A stretch of 64,000 nt of DNA from Octopus sinensis (taxonomy: Eukaryota), in the NCBI RefSeq assembly GCF_006345805.1, contig NC_043017.1, forward strand, positions 744,001 through 808,000, given 5' to 3'. Numbering within the stretch: position 1 is the stretch's first letter; the number at the start of each line of letters is the position of its first letter. Shown here piece by piece: positions 51,893 through 64,000 of this stretch. The position numbers and the translations under genes are program-made. The notes beneath the pieces are model-generated. The model worked only from the letters and a program-made list of their open reading frames with translations. It had not been told where the DNA came from and made no database searches.

Positions 51893-52254
51893 CCTGCCTG
51901 TATGCGTTTGTGCTTGCATATGTATAAAGCGAGTGAGAGAAGGGGGTTAGTGTGTGTTCTGTAATATAACTTCTTAAAGACATTTAATAAGAGTAGGGGG
52001 CCAAAGATTTGTTGCTACAGCTGTAAGGTCCAATGACTCAGTTTGCATCCCTGCTCCGGATATTCCATGTCTACACACAGACACAAACACGCACGTCCAC
52101 CATATACATGTATATATATTGATTTTAATACTCGCAAGTACATTAAAATTTTTTTTCATATATCCATAAATTTGTACGTTATATCTTGCGTATAGGAATG
52201 CACTTATGTATGTTGAAATATATTGAGTGAATATGAACACTGATCTCTGAAATC

Positions 52255-52295
<41 letters not shown>

Positions 52296-52803
52296 CCTCT
52301 CTCTCTCTCACTGTCTTGGTTTTATCTACATATAATTTGCTGCTTCTCTATACACAATCTGGGAAGTTATCTTGCGGAACTGTCATTATTTTAACGAGAT
52401 ACATCCTCTAATCACCTGAAAACACAAATTTTGCTCCGACATATACTCCTAAACCTATTGTTAAATATGCCTCCAATAAGGATATTTTACAACTAAAGCT
52501 AGAGGGGTCGACGGAAAAATTGAACTGAAAAATTTTACATTCATGATGCTTCTTTATTACAATATTATATCAAAGCTTATATACACGCTTTTTATCTAGC
52601 CGACACTTGTTTCTACTTAAGATATATCCTTGGACTTTGTATGGGGTTGCATCCTGTTTGTTGGGTTTCATCGCATTATTAGTTCGTCCAGTATGAAATT
52701 ATCCATGCCGCTTTCTTCACAATGTTAAAAGAACGAGTCTTGAAGCGAACTGATGAATTAGATTTCTATAGATTTATTCTAGGTATATTTCAAATTGAGG
52801 TTA

Positions 52804-53631
52804 CGTGGGCTGATATATAAGGATCCGGGCTGTAGCCTTGGCAAAGAAGCTAAACCACGAAGAGTGGAGCCAATTAGCACAGATTGACTTTGAACTCTGC
52901 TGTGCGTGTGCACTAAATTTCAACGTTCTACATTAATTCTGCTACAAATAACGTTTGTAGTGTATTTTCGTCGCATTGAACCGACAGAGAATCCGTATTA
53001 ATTTTTGCAGAAAGCTTGGCAATAACTGTTCAGAGGCGTACGCAAAGTTTTCAAAAGTTTCATCGTTCTCGACACAATCAAGGAGAAATTGTTCAGCTAA
53101 AACCCGAGTGCCTTCTTGGTCAGCTGAAAGCAGAATTGGCACAAATTTGGTAGACACGCGTCTCAGACCCAAATCTTCGGTGATAATAGACTGAACTGAA
53201 CCGTAACTAATCTGATAACTGACGGATGGTGATCCGACGATTTCCTCTCACAGCTGCGCGGACATCTGTGATATTCTTTCTCAGTTCTGTTGGTTACGGG
53301 TCTCCCAGAGCTTGTATCACCATCGATATTTTTTAGGCCATCTTAGAAACGTGTGAAGCACTGGTACATTTGCGTGAGGCTCATACACCTCTCCATACAC
53401 TTTCAGCAACATTGTGTTGACCGTTGAGCAGGCATCGCCATGACAAGTTTCTCTGTCATGGTTAATGCGACGATCACACATTCTACTCGTTATTTCGGAC
53501 TGCTGTAAACAGCGGAAGTGTGTTACGACGTTATTAAAACTTAATGCACATGCGCAGCAGAGGTCACGAACAATCTCTGCCAAGTAGCTTCAATCTGCGT
53601 GCCAAAGATTCGTTACTTATGTATCATACGG
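52804..53631. mobile_element. Two mariner 5' halves fused in converging orientation
   Basis: Plus strand: RQRIRINFCRKLGNNCSEAYAKFSKV (N-terminus). Minus strand: MLLKVYGE...SGRPVT...RRITIRQLS...SYGSVQSIITEDLGLRRVSTKFVPILLS...ENDETF. Both outer ends lie next to TA. Confidence 0.85.
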
Positions 53632-53645
53632 TAAAGCAATAATAT

Positions 53646-53688
<43 letters not shown>

Positions 53689-53857
53689 TATATATGCGCG
53701 CGTGTGTGTGAGTGTGTGCCTGTGTGTGTGTATGTAAATATATGCATATGTAGAATGCAGAAAAGTGATGATTACAAACGACATTACTGATTCTCGTTTC
53801 TATTGTAGCGGCATATTTAGATACAGAATAGTGTGTGTGTATGAGTTCATGTGTGTC

Positions 53858-53902
<45 letters not shown>

Positions 53903-54414
53903 GCATACCTGTATGTATATACACATGTAAATACATATCTTATAATTATCAAATACTACATATAGAGTTGCTATATTTACTCCGTACACTCGTTGAAATT
54001 GCCTGAGAGATTTCAGTTAAATCTGACCTCAAATAACATTTCCATCTCCTCTACAACATGTATTCTTCCTATCAATCGATCTTTTCCACTTTACAAGTCG
54101 ATAATGATGAAGTGATACTTAATACATTAAATGTACTTGCTGAATTTTTCCCTTTAAAACAAGATAATTAAATCGAGTGCTCCGGTTGTCTTAAAGATAG
54201 TGAAAATATTTTTAACCAACAGATGTCAGCTAACGGATCAGATACGCCATAATGCCGTGTGAAGGAAGGTACGCTCTTTTAGTGTCTCTGTGCGTGTGTG
54301 TTGTATCTCTGCGTGTGTTGGTGGAGCTGCAACGATGTCTTTGATGATTGTATTAGTGTATTCCATTTTATATATAATCCTCCATTTGTATGTACGTATT
54401 TATATGTAGATATA

Positions 54415-54742
54415 CAGGGTAATTCAAAAAGAAGGAACCGATTTCATTACGCAATATTTTAATAAGAAAATCAATAGAAAACTCCAGCTAAGTCATAAGT
54501 ATTTACTCATTATCAACTTTTATTTCCTGTCTTGGAAGTGTTGAATGTGGCCACCACCTGCAACAGGTGCGTATAAGCATGTCAAGATTCACCGAGTTGA
54601 TCGCAGTTGTTATTCGATGTTTAAGGTCATCGAAGTTGGTGAGTAGCAGTGGAGCATAAACATGATCTTTCGCATATCCCAGCCAAAAAAAAATTTTTTA
54701 AATCACACACGGTGAAGTCTGGGAATCTCGCAGGCCATGCAC
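54415..54742 (-). mobile_element. Tc1/mariner (DD37D/DD41D-like) transposase 3' remnant with TIR
   Basis: Minus strand AWPARFPDFTVCDF..GWYAKDHVYAPLLLTNFDDLKHRITTAI...GGGHIQH resembles WPPRSPDLTPCDFFLWGYVKD.VY. Terminus TA|CAGGGT at 54413-54420. Confidence 0.8.
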
Positions 54743-55020
54743 TAAGTATCAGTTACGCACTCGGTTCGATGTAATCGGCTTAATCCCTTTGTTTCTCCTT
54801 GTTTGTCCCCTCTATGTTTAGCCCGTTGTGGGCAATAAACAAGAAACGTTAGTCACTGGGCGAAATGCTTAGTAGTATTTCGTCTGTCTTTACGTTCTGA
54901 GTTCAGATTCCACCGATTTCGAATTTGACTTTCATCCTTTCGGGGTCGATAAATTAAGTACCAGTTGCACACTAAAGTCGATCTAATCGACTGGCCCCGC
55001 TCCTCCAAAGTTTTGGGCAT
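54743..55020 (+). mobile_element. Two tandem truncated SINE family G copies
   Basis: A 3' half (TAAGTATCAGTTACGCAC...GTGGGCAATAAAC) followed directly by a head-clipped copy (GAAACGTTAGT...GGGGTCGATAAATTAAGTACCAG). Confidence 0.85.
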
Positions 55021-56535
55021 TTTCTCTAAATTAGAAATTCATTCGGGCACACATTCGGGAACTGAGCAAATTCATTCAATCCTGCGCTTCCCTTGGTGTT
55101 TTATGCCCCTTTTTTTAACCACATTTATAGATTCTGGGAAAATGTACACTGGGTCACAAGCAGCATCTGAAGGCTCTAGTTAGGGCATAACAGGATTTGT
55201 GTGCTAATAATACATCGCCAACAGGAGAATTTGCAGTACCTGAAGTTGTAGTAATTCCAAATGGATCAAGAGCCGATGAAATCTGTGCCTTGTTCAAATT
55301 GTCATTACTTTGGACCATGTTTCAGTTCTTCAAAATGTCTACAAAATCGAGAGTAAATCTTCTTTTGGAGATCGGTTGTCAGGTTTCCTCCTTACAAAAC
55401 CGTTGCTATTAAATGCAAGGGAAAATTTTCCTTCCAGCCTTCATGACACCAAGGATCCAGCTCCTTTACGCCCAGAGGTTAAACAAACAGATGAATGGAT
55501 GCAGTAAGTATTCCTCAAGTGGCAGTGAGAGAAAAATATGTGAATCAACAGCATCGATCGGCAGTTGTTGCAGGTGTTTCTAGGAAATAATCATAACTTA
55601 AAATCAATACAGAATATTTTGGATCAGGAAGAAATGGCTTATTAACCCGCAGGATTGTGTAATCCATTCGAACCCCGAGGTATACACTCCGCAAACAGAA
55701 TCCATCTAAAAACTAATGATTCCCAATAATAATCGCATACTTTACAACATCTGTATTTCTTTAATAATACAAGATTAATGATTAAAAATTTCATGCTACC
55801 TATCACAGGGATTATTACTCTAACACGGTAATCCCTGTTAGAATTCTACACTTGCCATTTTAGAATTCTACAGATGTGCTCTTACGATTTAATAGAGAGT
55901 CTTCAGTTTTTAGACCATCTAAGCTTCGACCTCGAAGTCAGTATATTCCACCATAAACATTGACAGTTGTTGGTTTGCTGCTTCGTGGCTGATGTCCAGT
56001 TGAATGTAAGTCATAATCTAAGTGTTTTATGCCCAGACTAGAAAACAACCAACACTGTATCTTGGGGTTTGATAGATCACAGTGCAGAAAAGTCGAGACT
56101 GTGACGATAAAAGATTTAATGCCATATAAGGTAACACTCATCACATAATTTAACACCATTTTCTAACCTCGGCACATATATCAGTTAAGTACTCATTGTC
56201 TATGAATATTTTTTCAGGAAACACTGGTTCCGACTCGTTTTACAAGTTATCATAACAATTACGTTCTTACTTAATGTACTGCAATTCGATGTTCCATTCT
56301 CATGGCTGAATCAAAAAATGTGCTATAGAAATTTCGCCGTTGATCTATATTAGAAACATGCATTATATGTGATGAGTGAGGAGAAAACTTAGAATTCATT
56401 ACAAAGCAAATTCAATAGTGCAAAACAGAAAGCTAACGTAATATAATTAACAAAATTCCTACACAATACATATCAAGATTTGCATGTGCGCAAACCCCTA
56501 CTGATCTGCCATGCATTATGCTGGAAAAAATATGA

Positions 56536-56568
<33 letters not shown>

Positions 56569-57152
56569 AACACACAAGCACACGCAAACATGTGTGTGAA
56601 TGTATCTACCTGTCTATCTATCTATCTATCTATCTATCTATTTAACTATATATCTATCTACCTATCTATCTGTCTATATAAATATGAATATATTTATATA
56701 CACACCACATATACATATATATATATATATATACACACACACATATATATAAATGTATGTTCTATTTGGTAAATTGTTTTCAATTTGTAGCAAACCTGAG
56801 CTAAAATATATGTAATTTGCGGGAAAGACAACGTACACACACACACACATACATACACACTACACATAGCAATACAGACGCGCACGCATGCATACACACA
56901 TTAATAAGCGTAAAATAGCATGCATATGTATATAGATTCATGACTGTGTGTGTGTGTATGTAAATACATATATGTAAGTCTTTAACAGTGCGGCGAACGT
57001 GTATCGCATCATGATTTTCGTTCGACCGTTTCCAAATAAGCGCAATGTATTTATAAAATCATTACAAATACACAACCACATATATGAGCGCCACACATAC
57101 ATACACACGCGAGCACCCGCACGTATGCATACATACATATACATATGTATAT

Positions 57153-57198
<46 letters not shown>

Positions 57199-57344
57199 GT
57201 AAATATACGTGCATATGCATACACATACACCACCACACAAAACAAAACACAATAACACACGCGTGATATATATAGGTATATGTATAATATATATATGTAT
57301 ATAGATATGTATATATATTATATACTATATATATTATATATATA

Positions 57345-57441
<97 letters not shown>

Positions 57442-57787
57442 CTATATATATATATGTACGGAATACGTATAAGGGGAAAATGTTATGGAGGCAAACAAAC
57501 AGGATGATAAATAAGCATATTAGGGAATTCACAAAAGACAATAGATTTAAAAAATGATAAAAAGAGATGCGGAAGAAGAAATTTATATCAGAAAATCAAG
57601 TTGCACAGCAGGGAAATACAGTAATTCCCTCGTGGCCCCTCTGTAATCATTCGGGAATTGAATACATTACGTAATTATATGCACGTTTACATATAATCTA
57701 TGTATATACATTCATACGTATATGCATATATATATATATATACATTTACATATATATATATGTACATATATATTATATATATACATA

Positions 57788-57821
<34 letters not shown>

Positions 57822-57834
57822 GTATATAAATATA

Positions 57835-57885
<51 letters not shown>

Positions 57886-58001
57886 CATATATCTATGTAT
57901 ATATATATATTTGTATATGTTATACATATATATAGTTTTACACAATCTTGCCGTGCAGTGGTAGTCATACTGGTTCATCACCTGATATATAATATGTATA
58001 G

Positions 58002-58068
<67 letters not shown>

Positions 58069-58469
58069 ATGTATATATACATTTATACACACACATGTTC
58101 GTGTGTCTGTGTGTGAGCAGAGACATAGAATATGTACTTAATATTGTGTCTATTCGTAAATATATTTCTTATAGTGTTTGTACATTTTCAATATTCTTTT
58201 GAATCTCTGTTTTTCATTCGCACTCATTTGTCTCACTATATTTTTTCCCATTCATTTGCTTATACATACACTCATTCACCCTGTCTCTCACACACATACG
58301 TACACTGACAAACAAGCACACACACACACACCACGCAAACAGAGACACACACATGCAAACTGAGGCAGTGAAAAGCATGTATTTTCTGATGTGCATATAT
58401 ATTTTTATATGTATATACACACACATATATACATATGTATATGTATATATGCAAATATATATATCTCTA

Positions 58470-58504
<35 letters not shown>

Positions 58505-58555
58505 ATCTATCTATCTATCTATCTATCTATCCTGTCTGTCTGTCTGTCTACTATC

Positions 58556-58599
<44 letters not shown>

Positions 58600-58602
58600 G
58601 TC

Positions 58603-58635
<33 letters not shown>

Positions 58636-58838
58636 ATCATCTATCTATCTATATATATATATATATATAAAATAATAGTTATCGCCATACTAATATGGCA
58701 TTCTTATAAAAATAAGAAAAAAGCTGTCCGCTTATTAGCTCCATGAGGCCATCGCCTTAGTTAGCTATTTGATACACAAACTGTATCCATATAACCTTCG
58801 AACAAGGGAGGTCAGTCGCTCCACACTACTTGACGGCA

Positions 58839-58880
58839 GCTACAGACGCGTTTCGGGGTATTGCCCCTTTTCAATGCAGC
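58839..58880 (-). ncRNA. Minimal hammerhead, U3-A8 variant (H1)
   Basis: Minus strand GCUGCA UUGAAAA GGGG CAAUA CCCC GAA ACGCGU C UGUAGC. Confidence 0.75.
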
Positions 58881-59004
58881 GTAGCCAGCCAGTAGGTGTC
58901 GCTTCCGACAATCTCTGTTCGATGGTTTTATTTACCAGTAGTTTCGGTGGAATACATCCACTTGTTTTCAATTGTCGGAAGCGACACCTACTGGCTGGCT
59001 ATAC

Positions 59005-59046
59005 GCTGCATTGAAAAGGGGCAATACCCCGAAACGCGTCTGTAGC
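59005..59046 (+). ncRNA. Minimal hammerhead, U3-A8 variant (H1)
   Basis: GCUGCA UUGAAAA GGGG CAAUA CCCC GAA ACGCGU C UGUAGC; predicted cleavage after 59040. Confidence 0.75.
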
Positions 59047-59302
59047 TGCCGGTCAAGTAGTGTGGAGCGACTGACCTCCCTTGTTCGAAGGTTATATGGA
59101 TACAGTTTGTGTATCAAATAGCTAACTAAGGCGATGGCCTCATGGAGCTAATAAGGGGACAGCTTTTTTCTTATTTTTTAAGAATGCCATATTAGTATGG
59201 CGATAACATTATCTTCCGGGAACGCTGCCGCTGTTCTCTTTTAGAGAGACTTAGTTATTTTAATATTTCTATGATATATATATATATATATATAATATAT
59301 AG

Positions 59303-59368
<66 letters not shown>

Positions 59369-59586
59369 TATATAAGCAAGATATACGCAGTTATATGAAT
59401 ATATACACATATATAGGTATGTGTGTGGTTTGCAGTATATCTACTTGTATACTAGCTTTTTTCATTCCAACCTGTTTAAGCGTACTTTGTATGTGTCTAC
59501 ACGTATTTGGTTTTGCACACACACGACGAGCACCACTACCATCACATATATTTAAATAGTTATATTCATATACATATAACTATAGG

Positions 59587-59636
<50 letters not shown>

Positions 59637-59719
59637 TATATATATAACCTATATTTATATGTATATATATATACATAAATGTATATATATATATACTCTC
59701 TCCTCAGAATTTCATCTCA

Positions 59720-59880
59720 TCTCGCTAGAAAGGAACCTTGGATTAAAGTAGGATTAATTGTATTCCTTGGAGGAATTTCTTGCAATGTTTGAGGTGGGAC
59801 GGAGTTGGTTATCGGCGGATTCCATACGATTATAAAGCTCCATTATTCCTGTATTTTCTATCACCAGATTCCAGAACAAT
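59720..59880 (-). pseudogene. Possible decayed PLE linker fragment
   Basis: With one frameshift: RKYRNNGSFIIVWNPPITNSV..SNIARKFLQGI, reminiscent of the PLE post-RT motif IIWFNPPFS..V.TNIG..FL.LI. Short and diverged. Confidence 0.3.
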
Positions 59881-60186
59881 CTACCGTAGATGCAGGGAGT
59901 AAATCAGAACTCACGTACTGATGAGGATATGCTCACGTGCTTATACACATATACCGATATATACTTACATACATACATACATATATATGTACGTATATAC
60001 GTATACATACCTATATCTATCTATCTCTCTCTCCTCTATATATATATATATATATTGTATGTATATATATATATATATTATATATATACATACATATATT
60101 TATACAAATATATATATATATATAGTATGTGTGTGGTGTGCGTGTATATATATATGTATGCGTACATATAAAAATGTATATATATA

Positions 60187-60220
<34 letters not shown>

Positions 60221-60445
60221 CTTTATATATATGTACATATATTTATATATGTATTAACATAAGGACATATAGATGTATAGAAACTTTCAACTGTGCACAC
60301 AGACACACACACATATATATATATATATATTTATATTTATATGTATACGTATATACACATATATATTAGAATATACGTGTTCATGTGTATATATATATAT
60401 ATAATATATAGTATATTGAAATATGTGTATATAGTGTACATATGC

Positions 60446-60497
<52 letters not shown>

Positions 60498-60829
60498 CAT
60501 AACACAAACATGCATGTATATATATATACCTACAAACATACATACATGCATACCTACTTACCTACCTACCTACCTACATACCTACCTACCTACATGCCTA
60601 CCTACCTACCTACCCACATACATACATACACACAAACATACGTACATACATACATGTATGTATGTGTGTATTTGTGGAGAAGAGCATACGTTAATATTTG
60701 TATTTTGTAAGGAATATATTTTGCTTCTCCGAAAAATATAGGAAATCTGATTTTTATTATTTTCATTTCTATGCTAAACTTTTTCCCTCTTTCACGTTGA
60801 AAGTAGCTCCTGCTGCTACCGCTGCTGCT

Positions 60830-60834
60830 GCTGT

Positions 60835-60878
<44 letters not shown>

Positions 60879-61018
60879 ACTACTACTACTACTACTACTA
60901 CCACTACTATGACGACGAGGACTACTTATACTTAATAATTATAAAGTATTTTTACTTCTAGTATCATTGTTAATGTTGATATTATTATCATTATTATCCC
61001 TATTTTACTTTCCCTTCT

Positions 61019-61050
<32 letters not shown>

Positions 61051-61112
61051 TTCCTCTTCTCCTCCTTCTCCTCCTTTTCCTCTTCTTCTTCTTCTTCTTC
61101 TTCTTCTTCTTC
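60830..61112. repeat. (CTA)n and (TTC)n microsatellites
   Basis: ACT/CTA run at 60830-60905 and TTC run at 61015-61112. Confidence 0.9.
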
Positions 61113-61282
61113 GTCTTCTTTGTCTTATTCTTGTTGTTACCATCGTTGGGGATTTTTTTGTATATAATTTGTTTGCGGCTGGAAATGATCCTGGCCCTGC
61201 CAATACACACGTCGAGAAACCTCTTCAGTGTTTGCTGGAATATAAATAGTTTCTCTAAATCCATACGCATGTATACACAAAC

Positions 61283-61313
<31 letters not shown>

Positions 61314-61632
61314 AACACACACACACATATATATATATATGTGCGTGTGCGTGTGTGTCGATATCTATATGTATATATGTACAGGTGTGTGTGCGTGAGC
61401 TTGTGTGTGAGTGTTTGCTTATGTGAATATCTGTACAGCATCTATGGCTGATGCGCATTGGTTTTAACTCATATATATCAGTTTTCTACAAATAGAACTC
61501 GTGGGATGCATTCCAATGTATAAACAAATGTATTCATGTTTATAGACTTCTGTATATAAATATACGCGCATATATATACGCAGTCATCTGTATGTGCGCG
61601 CTTAATATATGCATAACCGACATAATAATTCC

Positions 61633-61687
<55 letters not shown>

Positions 61688-62239
61688 ACTGCATACATTC
61701 ATAGAAATATTGACATGCAAGCATGCATATATATATATATAGAGAGAGAGAGATAGATAGATAGATATTGATATGTATACATACATAGACACAAATACAC
61801 GCACACGCACGATCACACACACACACAAGCATATATAAATATATATTGATGCTTGCATTTATGCTTGCGTGTGTTTACGTGAATTAATCTTCCCTTCTCA
61901 TCCCTTTTCTCTAAACATACCAACATGAACAGATTCAAACACTTTTCGCTTCTGTATGCATCGATATACGTGCAGGCATACTGACGTACACGTGTAGGCA
62001 TGTGCGACTATATTAATGCATGTACATGCATACATACATGCATATATATATGCATGTATATATGTATACACACCCACATATATATATATTTATATTCTCT
62101 TCCCTCTCTCTCGTTCTCTCTCTCCCTCTCCTTCTTTATATAGGTATATACATATATGTATGTATGTACATGTATAAATGTACATGTATATATATATATA
62201 TATATTATATATATATACAAATATACATATATATATATA

Positions 62240-62309
<70 letters not shown>

Positions 62310-62642
62310 CATATATATTCATATATATATAATATATATATATATATAATAATATATATATGTGTGTGTGTATATATAAATGCAGACACGTATGAATAAG
62401 GATATATATGTGTAAGTATATACCGGAAATGTTTCCTTCCGTGAACGTTAAGAGGCTTGGAATCGCATCAAGAGAGTAAGAATGATGATGCAATACCATG
62501 CAATGTGAAAGATATTCTTCTCTAAGGAAACTTTCTGATTCTTCGATTATAGAAATTCTTGTGTATGTCTTGAAGGACTTGGTATTTTTATCCTTACCAC
62601 ATTTGCTGATTCGTCATGCTTCATGTTTTTTTTCAACACGCC

Positions 62643-62860
62643 TACTCTTTACTGTTTTTCTCTTTTAATTGTTTCAGTCATGTGACTGTGGCCATGCTGG
62701 AGCACCGCTTATAGTCGAGCACATCGACCCCAGGACTTATTATTTGTAGGCCTTGTACTTATTTTATCGGTCTCTTTTGCCGAGTCGCTAAGTTACGTGC
62801 ACGTAAACACACCAGCATCAGTTGTGAACCGATGTTGAGGGGATAAACACAGACACAGAA
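62643..62860 (-). mobile_element. SINE family K, 3' half
   Basis: Reverse complement of the K 3' half (GTGACTGTGGCCATGCTGGAGCACCGC...GTAAACACACCAGCATC); broken at the microsatellite. Confidence 0.85.
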
Positions 62861-62885
62861 ACATATACACACCAATATATATTAT

Positions 62886-62939
<54 letters not shown>

Positions 62940-63044
62940 TATATAATATAAATATATGTATGTATATACATAAGTGTATGTGTATATAAGCATATAAATA
63001 TGTATTTATATGTATTTATATAAATACATACATATTTTTTTTTC

Positions 63045-63240
63045 TACCGCGTTAGTATCGTTGGCGATTTTCCTTCTCCGTCTTCCCTTCTTTGGACTTT
63101 TTCTATATATCTGATGAAGAGCTCCGCTCGAAACGTGAAATCCTCTTTCTTTTCTTTTCTGAGCGTCCAAAAACACTGTACTTATTCCACGTCCTCGCGT
63201 TGTTGTTTTTTTCTTGCTTGTTTTAGCGAACCTATGTATA
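63045..63240 (+). mobile_element. Hammerhead-like short element related to H4
   Basis: CUGAUGA-A-GAGC-UCC-GCUC-GAA-ACGU-G at 63111-63137, followed by TTCTGAGCG as in H4 (TTCCTGAGCG). Position 17 is G and stem I has a mismatch. Confidence 0.6.
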
Positions 63241-64000
63241 TACAAGTATTCATACAAGAATACGGGTGCACTTCATTTGGTATTGGATATTTTCCCCGTC
63301 ATCTTTTAGTCTTATTCGTAACAATTTATGAAATATCAACAGAACGAATTCTTAAAGCATTCCTATTTTAAGGGAAAACTATTATTTGCTTGGTTGATTT
63401 TTAAAGTTCAATTATGCAGTAAATAGCTTTGCATTAGAGAAGTGATTCTCACAGAGATGTGTTTCAAGTCTTCTACATTTTATTTTTATCTCCTGAAATG
63501 CAGAGAACATTTTCCACCTTCCTCTTGATTGTGATATTGCAGTTAATTTCTTTGAATTGGCTGTTTGCAATTTATTTAAAACTACTGCCTCTGAATATAT
63601 TGTCTTTCCCAGCCGGTATATTATTAGTAGTAATGTAGCTATCTTCGGTTTGAACTGCGGTGGTGGGAATACACAACACCACACTCTACCATGTGAACTT
63701 TAGCCTTTGGTAACGCCTAAAGTTTGTCATTGCAAACCACATCGTCTCCTCACTTTCGGCTTGGCGGCACGCGTCCTCCTCTTTCTTTGATTATAATTGA
63801 TTTTCTCCAGAAATCGGGGAACACAGAGTCAGACTAAGATACATATAAAAAGAAGGATCAATTCCAGTATAGAACTCGCTCCTCATGTACCAACCTCGAA
63901 AGTATAACTGTCAGATCCAATGTTGGCAAGATTTGAAATAGGGTCTTGGAATCCGGAACGATTATAGCAAAGCAATATATTCCACCCGATTACAACTGTG

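Larger units (their letters stand above)
58672..59272. mobile_element. Family H1 element as a head-to-head inverted dimer in (TA)n
   Basis: Arms 58678-58912 and 58971-59207 with a 58-bp spacer (the element's own upstream segment), followed by 59208-59271, which equals the 5' segment of the 26805 unit. Confidence 0.88.

Noticed and set aside
58769-59014. 81-aa ORF (LIHKLYPYNLRTRE...) as a GIY-YIG C-terminus
   Set aside because: It is antisense to the hammerhead, has an upstream stop, and indels between copies break the frame.
59915-59945. CTGATGAGGATATGCTCACGTG
   Set aside because: The GAAA segment is absent.

Overview
This 64-kb window is AT-rich, repeat-saturated eukaryotic non-coding DNA. 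I can support no host protein-coding gene, and almost all ORFs in the track are translations of (TA)n, (CA)n, (GA)n or (ATT)n microsatellites. The SINE families and microsatellite load resemble an octopus (cephalopod) genome; this is an inference. Supportable content: about 25 full or partial tRNA-derived SINE copies from at least four families; three R4/Dong-like RLE-type LINE fragments clustered in (TAA)n arrays; a decayed Penelope-like (PLE) reverse transcriptase; a CR1/L2-like 3' end; a Ty3/gypsy integrase remnant; three Tc1/mariner remnants; and MITE-like hairpins. The most interesting signal is a population of short non-coding elements carrying minimal type-I hammerhead ribozyme folds with palindromic stem III, from about seven unrelated sequence families. 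Most sit in (TA)n microsatellites and several occur as snap-back inverted repeats. One young family has a compensatory U3-A8 core and a ~362-nt circularly permuted unit (retrozyme/circRNA-like or PLE pseudo-LTR). One tRNA-headed SINE ends in a degenerate hammerhead-like tail, suggesting a SINE mobilised by a Penelope-like element. All ribozyme calls are hand-folded from sequence and untested.
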